A stretch of DNA of 63,180 bases, counting the filler, from Octopus bimaculoides (Eukaryota), in assembly GCF_001194135.2 (NCBI RefSeq). It is 7 parts of 6 records of this genome, joined end to end, with 100 filler letters (N's around TTAATTAATTAA, not from the genome) between each part and the next. Parts side by side here need not be neighbours in the genome. Positions count along the whole stretch, not along the records: positions 35,405 to 44,869 come from NC_068986.1; positions 44,970 to 59,167 come from NC_068992.1; 5 more parts are not named here. One strand, written 5' to 3'. Both the position numbers and the translations under genes were made by a program. The notes below the pieces were generated by a model. The model searched no databases. It had not been told where the DNA came from and saw only the letters and a list, made by a program, of their open reading frames with translations. Positions 40,733-53,611 of the stretch are shown one piece after another (the stretch's first letter is position 1; each line of letters begins with the position of its first letter).

Positions 40733-41081
<349 letters not shown>

Positions 41082-41314
41082 AAATACTTAACAAGTATTT
41101 AACAAAAATGCGATATTAACATGGGACTGCACATCAAAAGCGATATCAACAAGGAACTGAACTCAGAAAGCGATGTCAACAAGGAACTGACCCTAGAGTT
41201 TCACAGAAAACGCCATCACTTTAGCCCTCACTTATCCTTTTTAGAACACCAGCAAGGAACTTCCACCTATCGGATTTCCCGACTGGCAGACGATTGTAAT
41301 TGTTTAACAACGTT

Positions 41315-41401
41315 TCAGGTGCCAAGGTTCTGTCTCAGCATTTGCTTCACTTCGTTCTTTGACAGCTGCTCTGTCAATGAACGAGATCTGGAAATACGCG
41401 T
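41315..41401 (-). CDS. Terminal coding exon of an unidentified protein (TRISRSRSLTEQLSKNEVKQMLRQNLGT*)
   Basis: Acceptor GTTTTTCAG, phase 0, open frame to TGA at 41317-41315; joins in frame with the upstream exon over a 69-nt GT-AG intron. Confidence 0.7.
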   Translation of the reverse strand, partial: TRISRSRSLTEQLSKNEVKQMLRQNLGT

Positions 41402-41470
41402 CTGAAAAACAGCGACCACACCTGTTCTTTATACTGTCGCCTCGTAATCCTACAAAATGCTGTTACTCAC

Positions 41471-41577
41471 TTCGAGGTCCCTGATGTTCGACACCAATAT
41501 GTTGATGACATCCGCATTAACTGGCACAGATCCTCTGCATCCTTGTTCGCGCATCCTTGCCCAGTTTTTGCAGTAGT
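41471..41577 (-). CDS. Internal coding exon of an unidentified protein (xYCKNWARMREQGCRGSVPVNADVINILVSNIRDLE)
   Basis: Acceptor TACTAATTTTGAAG, donor GAA|GTGAGT, 107 nt phase 1 to 0, no stops, higher GC than flanks. Confidence 0.72.
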
Positions 41578-43475
41578 CTTCAAAATTAGTACATACAAAA
41601 GAGACGAATGGAGACAATCTTAACAGAATGATATTGAAAGGATCCGTTAAGTAGCCGTGTTTGTATGTGTGTGTGTGTGTGTTATTTTGTCCTTTTGTAT
41701 ATACAGGGCGACATCTTCCTATTTTAAGACGGCAGGATTTGGCAGTTACATCTAGCAAATTGCACGCCTGCACAGGGGCCTTCTCTCGTTGTATGAACAC
41801 AAACTAAGGAACAGCTAAGGAACATGTGACAGTTTGAAGCTTCTATTTTCAGCACAATGAGTGACAACTGATTTGTCGTGTATGCCAACCAAACTCTCAC
41901 GCGTCAGATGATAAAATTCTTTCATGCTGGAAAATATGTTTTCCATAGCTGCAATATGTCTATCGTATTATTTATGTAAATATTTAAATTTTAAACAAAA
42001 CTAAAACATGTACAAAATGGCGTGAAATTGTACAAAAACAAAAAGGTCTTAAATATAGAATTACTGTATTTGCTCATATATAAGTTGTAGTTTTATATTT
42101 GTTTTTAACAAAAAATAAAAATCTGGGATGCAAATTATACACGGGGTAAAGTTTAAAACTTTTATCAAGATTTAACTCTAAATTAGGGGTGCGGTTTATT
42201 CTCGAGTAAATTTGGTACTTATTAATATATAACGTATATCGTTTGATATATTTTAGCAAAATAATTTTATTTCAATTAGGGCAAAGTGTTAATGCCTGGC
42301 TACAAACAAATGAAGTGTTAATGCTTTTCACAGTGATCTGAAATAACTCAACTAACAGGGCCTTCCATTTAAGATTCAAGGAACTGCCCCTAGAGTTTCA
42401 CAGAAAACGCCATCACTTTATCCCTCACTTATCCTTTTTAGAACACCAGCATGGAATTTCCACCTATCGGATTTCCCGATTGGCAGACGATTGTAATTGT
42501 TTAACAACGCTTCAGGTGCCAAGGTTCTATCATATTAGTAATCCAAATTTCAAATTTCACACATGTAGGAAACATAATAGAGAGGGGAGGTTTTTTCGGT
42601 TACATATATACTTATCATCGCAAGATTACCATTATAGTAAGATATAATATATATACGGTCGAACTGTCGAAAATTGCAGCACACGAGAAATAAAAGGGAA
42701 AATATTCAAATGATAATCTAAAAAAAAAATACATCCCGAAATAGTTTTCCGGGAACTAATACATGAATTACAACAATAATTCATGATATACGATTAGGAT
42801 TTGAAGAGTCTGGTGATGATCTGTTTTGAAAAGATTCAGCCCAGTCAACGGAGAAACCTGTGTGTGATCTTTGATGAAATATTTGACGTTTTTGAAAGTG
42901 TCAGTTTTTGAGAGGCGGAAAACGAAAAACTTTGTGTGACATGTAATGAGAAAGTGGGCGATCAAAAGAGCAGCGTAGTAGAGGAGGAAGGGGAGGAGGG
43001 AATGAAGGACTTCCTGGAAAATTCCGAGGAGGAGGTGGAGCGTCCTGTACGTTGTCTCTTGTTTCTTTTTTTCCCTTTTCGTTCTTCATTTTTCTTTTCC
43101 TTCTTATGTGAACCTCCTACCAGTTCTACATTAAATCATCCTGCTTGAGACGATATGTGTTTACAGCACACGTGGTTCACCGGTGTAACACATTGTCTAA
43201 AGAGAAGAGGTGTTCTCTGCTGATCAGAAACCACGTTCGCAACTACCAAATCGTGTTAAGAATGAATAGATACATTACAACCATTATTAGTGTTCCTCTC
43301 AACTAGAACTCAGCACTCCAGACACAGTAACACTGAACAATTGAGAGTGTAGGGAGGGACTACGCATCATACGACTTGCTGGAAGAAGATCAGTCAAATC
43401 TCCCTCAAATCATCCTATAGTCTTAAAAAAATTAAGGACACATAACACTGTCTGCGTTAATATACATTGTAAATT

Positions 43476-43692
43476 AAGGCGGCGAGATGGCAGAAACGTT
43501 AGCACGCCGGGCGAAATGCTTAGCGGGATTTCGTCTGTCTTTACGTTCTGAGTTCAATTTCCACCGAGGTCAACTTTGTATTTCATCCTTTCGGGATCGA
43601 TAAATTGAGTACCAGTTGCGTACTGGGGTTGATCTAATCGACTACCCCGCTATCCTCATACAATTTGGGCCTTGTGCCTAGAGTAGAAAAGA
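43476..43692 (+). mobile_element. tRNA-derived SINE with MetaSINE-like central domain
   Basis: AAGGCGGCGAGATGGCAG head; TTTCATCCTTTCGGGATCGATAAATTGAGTACCAG central block. Other copies at ~7720-7920, 32630-32830(-), 34456-34685, 47620-47720(-), 51230-51400, 51415-51480 and 54975-55105. Confidence 0.75.
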
Positions 43693-44157
43693 ATATACAT
43701 TATAAGCAGCTATTAACTAACTTTTCTGAAGACAGATGAAGAATCTTTCTCTGATGAAGTTTTATCAAATTCAAAAACTAGACCAATCGATTNNNNNNNN
43801 NNNNNNNNNNNNNNNNNNNNNNNNNNNNNNNNNNNNNNNNNNNNNNNNNNNNNNNNNNNNNNNNNNNNNNNNNNNNNNNNNNNNNNNNNNNNNNNNNNNN
43901 NNNNNNNNNNNNNNNNNNNNNNNNNNNNNNNNNNNNNNNNNNNNNNNNNNNNNNNNNNNNNNNNNNNNNNNNNNNNNNNNNNNNNNNNNNNNNNNNNNNN
44001 NNNNNNNATATAATTATTCGTTTATATTTATATAAAGGGCATTATTACAGAAAATAATAACGCCACACAGTGGACTTCTCAAAATAACCACATTTAGTAC
44101 CTAATGCGAGGAAAAACAACCAACAGAAGACGACCAACTTTCTTTTAAATAAACTTA

Positions 44158-44219
44158 ACTGTGTATCGGCCGATTTCGCGATTACTAGAATGAATCTAGA
44201 TTTCGTTCATCAGCACAGT
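44158..44219 (-). ncRNA. Near-intact minimal type-I hammerhead ribozyme
   Basis: ACUGUG-CUGAUGA-A CGA AAU CUAGA UUCAU UCUAG UAA UCG C-GAAA-UCGGCCGA-UA-CACAGU. Stem I perfect 6 bp, stem III a perfect palindrome (AUCGGCCGAU), AUA triplet; A-C mismatch at the base of stem II. Confidence 0.75.
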
Positions 44220-44283
44220 ATTGTCCCAAAAATATATATAAATAAACAGAATTCTTACCTCACCAAAAACGAACACACTACTA

Positions 44284-44474
44284 TTCATCAAAGCGGGAAT
44301 ACTTCCGGGTTGCTTCACACTGGCTTCTTGATAAAATTCTTGTAAAAGAATTTTATCCCTTTTTGAATTTATTTATCAAATATATACACGGAATATATTC
44401 AATGTTGAATTTTTATTCCTGTCTCCACATGGGTACCAGAAGCAACCCGGAAGTATTCCCGCTTCTTTGATGAA
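44284..44474. repeat. Inverted repeat with perfect 26-bp arms containing CCGGAAGT
   Basis: 44291-44316 is the exact reverse complement of 44439-44464; extends to TTCATCAA/TTGATGAA with a 3-nt indel. Confidence 0.9.
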
Positions 44475-46759
44475 GATATATACAGCTAAACTTCATTCCC
44501 TTTACTCTGTCGGATACGTAGTGTGTAGTAATGCCTCACGCTTCGAGGGACTAAATAAGTCAAAAACTACCAAAAAATAAGCAACATATTTACTGAAAGC
44601 GTGCTACACAGTTAATTGCCCTTTATATAAATTATTTATATATATTTATGAAAAAATGATGAATTTTTTTCATTATTTTTTTCATTATGAGGTTTTTTCA
44701 CGCTGACTACTTGATAAATTCTTATAAAGAATTTATTCTATATTATATTATAAATAATTAGAATATATTCAGTGCTGAATATTATTCTGTATAAGCACAT
44801 GTTACTGAGATGCAACCGGATAAATTCAAATCTCTTTCATGGATATATAATTATGAACAGAAGTCATCGNNNNNNNNNNNNNNNNNNNNNNNNNNNNNNN
44901 NNNNNNNNNNNNNTTAATTAATTAANNNNNNNNNNNNNNNNNNNNNNNNNNNNNNNNNNNNNNNNNNNNATATATATATATATATATATATATATAGGAT
45001 CGGATAACTGCATAGATGAATAGATACAAAGCTAGTTAAAAAAAGCAATCACTCACATAGACTGTTGTAGAGACCAAGAAAAATTGTGGAAGAGTTTGAT
45101 AAGAAGATAGATAGATAAAGTAAAAGATAGATGAATAAATAGATAAAGTAAAAGCTAGATAGATAGAATGGTAGATAGATAAAGTGATAATCACACGCAC
45201 ACTCACACACATAGGCATAAATAAGCACGCACTCACGTACATATACATATATACATCTATAAATAGACAGATAGCTAGGGTGATAGTTAAATCGATCTAT
45301 AGTATAAATGACAATCGATCTAGTAAGATATTTAATCAATTGTATATCTCCCAATTTGCTGTATCCGTAGCTAGGACTGAAGCGATGTGTTCTGTATGCT
45401 GTTTCGTATAACGAATGCAATAATGGTCGTCGCTCTAATCTGTGTTGCTTGTTAGATGTGATCATCGATGTGTGAAGAAGTTTGTGGTCACACTTGGTGA
45501 ACATTGCGCTTTCTCGCTCCATCTGTAATTCGATCATCGCCACACATATATTGGAGAGGTGTGATCGTTTGAAAGAAGACAGTGTCACATCAGTGATCCG
45601 TTATATACATAAATACATGTGTGTATGTATGTGTGTGCATAAAATATGTACAGACTTGAGTATGTATGCATGTGTATGTGCATATATATTTATATATTTA
45701 TATATACGTACACACACATATGTATGTATATATATGTGTGTGTGTGTGTATGTGTGTGTATATATCTGCGTGTCTCTGGGTATTTATATGTATGGATGAA
45801 TTTATTTATGCAGGCATGCATATATGTATGTATATATATATCAGATGATGATTCTAGTAAACGAAAAAGAAAAAAACCTGTAGCCTCAAAAACATATACA
45901 TTCTTCTAGGTATGTTTGTACCTAAGTATGAAAATGTGTGCCTATATATATANNNNNNNNNNNNNNNNNNNNNNNNNNNNNNNNNNNNNNNNNNNNNNNN
46001 NNNNNNNNNNNNNNNNNNNNNNNNNNNNNNNNNNNNNNNNNNNNNNNNNNNNNNNNNNNNNNNNNNNNNNNNNNNNNNNNNNNNNNNNNNNNNNNNNNNN
46101 NNNNNNNNNNNNNNNNNNNNNNNNNNNNNNNNNNNNNNNNNNNNNNNNNNNNNNNNNNNNNNNNNNNNNNNNNNNNNNNNNNNNNNNNNNNNNNNNNNNN
46201 NNNNNNNNNNNNNNNNNNNNNNNNNNNNNNNNNNNNNNNNNNNNNNNNNNNNNNNNNNNNNNNNNNNNNNNNNNNNNNNNNNTATAACATTAATACACAC
46301 ACGCATGTTAATGTTTGATTTTACTCAGTTATTACATAAATTATACAAAACTCACCACCGGTGAAATAGTGAAGTTACTGTCATCTTTTCTCTCACACCT
46401 CTCTCTCACACATGCCCCTCTCTCTCTTACACATGCCCCTCTCTCTCACACATATATAGAACCACTTGGGGTATTCAGCGTACTGTTACTCAGATTTTCA
46501 TGCTTGTAAGGTGGATATACAATCAGACAACATATGGTGACTGAAGCTCAGGGAATAACGTACGTAATAGACATCTTCTCATTGAGTAAGGCGGGTCCCG
46601 TTGTAGAATATGTGGTGTATCAAAATTAAAGCAGAACGAACTTCTGTAGAGTAAGAGGGAGTAATCCAGACTAATAGGCATCATGGTACAACTATTCTGT
46701 GACAAGTAGATGTTCGTCGGTTTGAATAAATAAAAATTGTTTGGAAACTGTCCAGGAGG

Positions 46760-47450
46760 AATCTCTTACGTTGGCGATAATCCAGGAGGAATCTCCTATG
46801 TTGGCGATAATTATTAGATAATAATTCTGCTTTCCACTAAATAATGTCAATGGCTGGACTCTACTATATAGAACTTTTCAGTCAAGCAAAAACTGCGATT
46901 ACTTGATAGTGATGTATAGTGTAGCTTTGTCAACAATGCTTCGTGGTATTGCAAAATGTGCGGGTCTTCGTACCAATTTTCCCACAGAAGCTAGGACAGG
47001 ACAATGGGGTTTTACATGCTTCTTCGTTTGACCGAAAGTAAATTACATTTGATTGATATATCTCTACTTTCGAATGACATACTTCTCTGAGTTGGCTGTT
47101 AGAGATATTTCGACAAGTTGAGCATTGCTGTATACCTGTTTAGGTACTTGTTGAGGCTGTAATGTGGAATCAGGGAAGTGATTTTGTCTTGGCAAGTATA
47201 ATTGATGTAAACGTTATGGATGTTGAAAAGTTTATTATACTGATAGGTTGTATTGTTTCTGTCTCTGTTCATGGTTCCATCCAAATTATATAGTGGATTA
47301 TCTCTTATACTGAGACTCATCTCTAATGAGGGTGGAATTTTCTCTCTGTATACTAGGTTCTAATTGATGTCGCATCTACCTGGAGCATCAATGTTATAAG
47401 AGACAATTTTGTTAAAGATGAATTTGTGCGCATATAATTCACAGAATCTT
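46760..47450 (-). mobile_element. Penelope-like element remnant (RT-EN linker and GIY-YIG domain), decayed
   Basis: LFNIHNVYINYTCQDKITSLI, CHSKVEIYQSNV, SIVDKATLY, FCLTEKFYIV and YRQHRRFLL occur in the expected order across frameshifts. Confidence 0.65.
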
Positions 47451-48070
47451 CAACACATTTCGGGGAAAAGGTTTCTAATCATAGATACGAATGGCTAGCA
47501 ATTTTCTAGCCGTATATTATTTTCATTTGGCTTTCTATAATAATAGTATTTAACAGTCTTTATTTCTCTTATGTATAGGATAATACTTGGCTATCATTAA
47601 ATTTGTACTTGTGTGTGTACTTGCACGAAAAGCTTACTTCGGTGGGATTTGAACCAAGGGCATAGAGAGTCGGAATGATTACCGCGCAATATCCAAAGCT
47701 TTAACGAATCTACCAGTTGGCTGACTTAAACATGCGCACACATATACATGCATATACATGTATTGACAAACTGATTGAATTAGTCCAGGATTTACTATTT
47801 CTGAAAAAACCAAAAAAAAAAAAGAATTCACAAAGAAACAAGACCAAACGAGAAGAAAATCCTGTCTGGAGACCCTTTAATCAGAACTAACCTGGGGCTA
47901 GCAGCAGCAGCAGCAGCAACAACAACAAAAGCCAAAACAACAGCAGTAGCAACAACAACAACAGCAGTAGTAGCAATGAACAAACCGGATCTCAACTTCT
48001 CAAAAGGGGAAAAAATGGAAAGTTTATTCATCCATCCCTCCATCCATACATACATGTGTGCGGTTGTGTT

Positions 48071-48121
<51 letters not shown>

Positions 48122-49227
48122 GTGCATTCATACATTCACACTCACGCACACACATACATACATGCATACATGCACACATACACATGCACACATACACACA
48201 CACACACATATATGTACACGTACACACAGTCACATACGCATACATGTATGTACCATGATAAACTGTATGGGCGTGTTTGTGTGTATTTGTGTGTATGTAC
48301 ATATATATTTATATAACAGCACACACACACACACACGCACNNNNNNNNNNNNNNNNNNNNNNNNNNNNNNNNNNNNNNNNNNNNNNNNNNNNNNNNNNNN
48401 NNNNNNNNNNNNNNNNNNNNNNNNNNNNNNNNNNNNNNNNNNNNNNNNNNNNNNNNNNNNNNNNNNNNNNNNNNNNNNNNNNNNNNNNNNNNNNNNNNNN
48501 NNNNNNNNNNNNNNNNNNNNNNNNNNNNNNNNNNNNNNNNNNNNNNNNNNNNNNNNNNNNNNNNNNNNNNNNNNNNNNNNNNNNNNNNNNNNNNNNNNNN
48601 NNNNNNNNNNNNNNNNNNNNNNNNNNNNNNNNNNNNNNNNNNNNNNNNNNNNNNNNNNNNNNNNNNNNNNNNNNNNNNNNNNNNNNNNNNNNNNNNNNNN
48701 NNNNNNNNNNNNNNNNNNNNNNNNNNNNNNNNNNNNNNNNNNNNNNNNNNNNNNNNNNNNNNNNNNNNNNNNNNNNNNNNNNNNNNNNNNNNNNNNNNNN
48801 NNNNNNNNNNNNNNNNNNNNNNNNNNNNNNNNNNNNNNNNNNNNNNNNNNNNNNNNNNNNNNNNNNNNNNNNNNNNNNNNNNNNNNNNNNNNNNNNNNNN
48901 NNNNNNNNNNNNNNNNNNNNNNNNNNNNNNNNNNNNNNNNNNNNNNNNNNNNNNNNNNNNNNNNNNNNNNNNNNNNNNNNNNNNNNNNNNNNNNNNNNNN
49001 NNNNNNNNNNNNNNNNNNNNNNNNNNNNNNNNNNNNNNNNNNNNNNNNNNNNNNNNNNNNNNNNNNNNNNNNNNNNNNNNNNNNNNNNNNNNNNNNNNNN
49101 NNNNNNNNNNNNNNNNNNNNNNNNNNNNNNNNNNNNNNNNNNNNNNNNNNNNNNNNNNNNNNNNNNNNNNNNNNNNNNNNNNNNNNNNNNNNNNNNNNNN
49201 NNTATATGTATATATGTATGGGATATG

Positions 49228-49263
<36 letters not shown>

Positions 49264-49805
49264 TATATGCAGATATACATGCATACACACGCACACGCTT
49301 TCTGGTACACACACACACATATACGCACACACACACTGAGACGTTTTCTGAGTGGGTGGGTATAACACAGAAAAAAAAACATGCGTACCCAGACAGTTTA
49401 CATGGGTGCACGAGGTAACAGCGGAACAGAAGAGCAGAAGCGATTCACCCGACCCTCTGTACTCCACAGATAATCGAGATAAAGTTATACATGTGTACGC
49501 ATTAAAGTAATTATGTTAACTACCTGTCACTCATCATATAAGTCCATCATCCAGCCACCCGTCCTTCTATCTATTATCTCATCTGCGTCAGTCTGCCTGA
49601 CTGCCTGTGTGTCTGTCTGACTGTCTGCCTCTCTTTCTCTCTCTTACACACACACACACACTGTCCGTCTGTCTGTCTATGTATGTTTGCCTGTCTGTCA
49701 GTCTGTCTGTCTATCTACCTGTCTCTCTTTCTCTCTGTATGTATGTATGTATGTATGTATGTACCTATCTCTCTCTCTCCCCCTTCTCTCTCCCCCTTCT
49801 CTCTT

Positions 49806-49868
<63 letters not shown>

Positions 49869-49998
49869 ATTCTTTTTGGTGTTTGTAATGTGAGTGGGTG
49901 TGTATTTCTAAAGGTAAGACCTGCCCTTCCAAAATGAAGGAAATTCGAACGAGGCAAAGCAGAAACTAAACACACACACACAGACACACATTTACGCA

Positions 49999-50033
<35 letters not shown>

Positions 50034-51669
50034 NNNNNNNNNNNNNNNNNNNNNNNNNNNNNNNNNNNNNNNNNNNNNNNNNNNNNNNNNNNNNNNNNNN
50101 NNNNNNNNNNNNNNNNNNNNNNNNNNNNNNNNNNNNNNNNNNNNNNNNNNNNNNNNNNNNNNNNNNNNNNNNNNNNNNNNNNNNNNNNNNNNNNNNNNNN
50201 NNNNNNNNNNNNNNNNNNNNNNNNNNNNNNNNNNNNNNNNNNNNNNNNNNNNNNNNNNNNNNNNNNNNNNNNNNNNNNNNNNNNNNNNNNNNNNNNNNNN
50301 NNNNNNNNNNNNNNNNNNNNNNNNNNNNNNNNNNNNNNNNNNNNNNNNNNNNNNNNNNNNNNNNNNNNNNNNNNNNNNNNNNNNNNNNNNNNNNNNNNNN
50401 NNNNNNNNNNNNNNNNNNNNNNNNNNNNNNNNNNNNNNNNNNNNNNNNNNNNNNNNNNNNNNNNNNNNNNNNNNNNNNNNNNNNNNNNNNNNNNNNNNNN
50501 NNNNNNNNNNNNNNNNNNNNNNNNNNNNNNNNNNNNNNNNNNNNNNNNNNNNNNNNNNNNNNNNNNNNNNNNNNNNNNNNNNNNNNNNNNNNNNNNNNNN
50601 NNNNNNNNNNNNNNNNNNNNNNNNNNNNNNNNNNNNNNNNNNNNNNNNNNNNNNNNNNNNNNNNNNNNNNNNNNNNNNNNNNNNNNNNNNNNNNNNNNNN
50701 NNNNNNNNNNNNNNNNNNNNNNNNNNNNNNNNNNNNNNNNNNNNNNNNNNNNNNNNNNNNNNNNNNNNNNNNNNNNNNNNNNNNNNNNNNNNNNNNNNNN
50801 NNNNNNNNNNNNNNNNNNNNNNNNNNNNACCACCACAGCCACCACAACTACCATCACCACCACAACCATCACAACCGTCACAACCACCACCTTCACTACT
50901 ATCCTCACAACCAGCAATACCACCAGCACCACCACCACCACCATCTCCGTCCTTACTACCATACGATTGCTTTCTTTTCGTTTCGACCGACTCCAATTGA
51001 GTTTTGTTGAATCTCAGTCTATTGATACCGAGTTCAACCGAATTTAGCCGGGTTCAACCGAATGACACCTTGTTTAGCAGGAATTGAACTGAAAAATTTA
51101 CGAGCGAAACTGCTTATGGTGCATTGTCTCTGTTGCCTTTCAGCAACAAAAGTATCGTTTAGAGCAAGGCATTAGTAGTGGTCAAACATATTTCTTTCTC
51201 TTACCGCAACTCTACTTATACCAGCCAAAAAGGCGGCGAACCGGCTGAATGCTTAGTACGTCGGGCAAAACGCATAAGTCAGCTTTGCTTTTATTCTTTC
51301 GGAGTTGATAAAATAAGTACCAGTTGAGTATTGGGATCGATGAAAGTGACTTAGCCTCTTCTCCAAAATTGCAGGGCTTGTTCCAGAATTTGAAACTATT
51401 ATTATTTCTTTTCTAAGGTGGCGAGCTGGCAGAACCGTTAGCCCGCCGGGTAAAATGCTTAGCGGAGTTCAAGTTCCACCGACGTTGGCCCATGCTATTG
51501 CTAGATAGTTGTTGAACTTACAGTAGGTTCATCCGTTTATGATAGACTTTGTTTTTTGGTTTCTAGGAACTCTCCTAACCAGGCAAACCTAGTGGGGGTG
51601 CCCACGAACAAGGGTATGTATGAATGTACGCATGTATGTATGAATACACAAACATACACAGACAGACAG

Positions 51670-51702
<33 letters not shown>

Positions 51703-52431
51703 CATATGTGCGATAGGTTCCTTTCAGTTTTCATCCACTAAATTTGCTCGATCCGAGGCTAAAAGAGATAAAAACCTTGCCCAAGGTGCCACGCACAGGG
51801 AGTGAAGCAAGACCACATGGTTGAGAAAGAAGCTTCTTAAAGACACAACCACGCCTATGTCATGATGATATTTTCTTTTAAACAGCTTTAGTAGTTTGGC
51901 TATAAGTCGGCCAATATGGTGTAACTTCCGTCGGTAGATTGGCAGATTCAGCCATCTTAGTAGCAGATGTTTGAGAGGTTTTGTTCATTATTATATAATG
52001 GAAAAAGATGTTTGTGGGCGATTATCTATAGTGTGTATAAGTGGAAGTGTATACGTTTACACGCAGACACATCTTTACACACACGCATACATGCATACAA
52101 ACATACATACATACATACATACATACATACATACATACATACATACATAATACATACACAGATACATACATAATGGGTATGTATATATGTATATGTACAC
52201 ACACACATATATATACATGTATTTATATATCTGCATAAATTTATATATGTCTTCGTATGTGTATATATGCATATATGTATATGTATATATCAATGTTTAT
52301 ATATATATATATGTGTGTGTGTGTGTATGTGTGCGTGCGTGCATATCTATATACATATATAATACGCATAATCTGTGCGCACACTCGTATATACATACAT
52401 ATACACACATATATGTGTGTGTATTTATACC

Positions 52432-52485
<54 letters not shown>

Positions 52486-52799
52486 TACATATACATATAT
52501 ATACATATATATATACTCTCTCTCGCACACACACACACACACACACATACACAGAGATATATATGTATACACACATATGTATATATGTAGAAAAGAGGTT
52601 TTATTCATGTTTGTAATTCACATTGTATATACTCTTTCTCCAAACACACAAAGTCATACAAACACACGCAAACACTGTTACACACAGATACATAAAGAAA
52701 CGCACACATTCCCACACACACACACGTAAATCCACACTCTCTTTCATACACACACAGTTACAACTTTAAGTCCACCGCAATAACAATTGCTGAACTAGA

Positions 52800-53200
52800 A
52801 AATTGACGTTCGATAATGCTAACCTTTATCGATCTCACTAATAAGACATATTGATTTTTTACACGGGAGGCCAGGAATGTATTGGGGGAAGGAAATCGAA
52901 TTGTGTGACGTCCACATATATATTTATTTTAACAGTGATATTTGCTGGGAAATATTTTCACCTGGGACTCCAAACATTCTCTCCAGCTTGACTCATTGAA
53001 ACTTTACCTCAGCCTAAACAGTAATTATCTCCTCATAACAAATACCTGGTCACTTGATCACCTAGAAGTAATAGTAAGATACCCTCAAAACATTATCCAA
53101 TGAGAAGAGGCCATATTTGATGACCGTACAGAACGAAGACTTTTTAATTACAACATAAAATCAAAAACTTATCACGGTTAATGTGTGGACAGGGATTTCA
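52800..53200 (+). mobile_element. Possible Penelope-like RT C-terminal remnant
   Basis: FIDLTNKTY, DHLEVIVRYPQNI and EEAIFDD weakly resemble PLE RT thumb motifs. Confidence 0.35.
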
Positions 53201-53443
53201 TAGTACGATGTGATGAAGCGCATCCCGTGCCCCAACTATCCTTAAGAAAGTGAATAATTCTCCTCACTCAGCTTACTAGAAAACCCCAAAAAAAGAAAAA
53301 AAAAGGAACAAAGAGATACAAGATTCTATCAACTTAGGCGCCGGCATGGTTGTGTGGTAAGAAGTTTGCTTCCCAGCCAAATGATTCTGAGTTCAGTCCC
53401 ACTGTGGACTTGCTAGACGGAAACTGAAAGATCATTTGTACGA

Positions 53444-53488
<45 letters not shown>

Positions 53489-53517
53489 CTGAATTTTATA
53501 GTGTTAATTATCCATCA

Positions 53518-53611
53518 CGGTTGGTCTTACCAATCGGTTTCGCGCGAAATTATATAATGGTGTGTTAGGCAACAAATCAGTTATATAATATACGCTCGTC
53601 AGAGATAGCCG
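53518..53611 (-). ncRNA. Near-intact minimal type-I hammerhead ribozyme, PLE-associated
   Basis: UCU-CUGACGA-GCG UAU AUUAUAUAA [loop] UUAUAUAAU UUCG CGC-GAAAC-CGAUUG-GUA-AGA. Canonical core, G10.1-C11.1 pair, near-palindromic stem III, GUA triplet; same strand and ~700 nt downstream of the PLE endonuclease remnant. Confidence 0.8.

Noticed and set aside
41121-41405. 94-aa plus-strand ORF
   Set aside because: Antisense to the better-supported minus-strand exon and 3' UTR.
45049-45588. 179-aa minus-strand ORF
   Set aside because: Second half is microsatellite and the first half has no recognisable motif or convincing splice sites.
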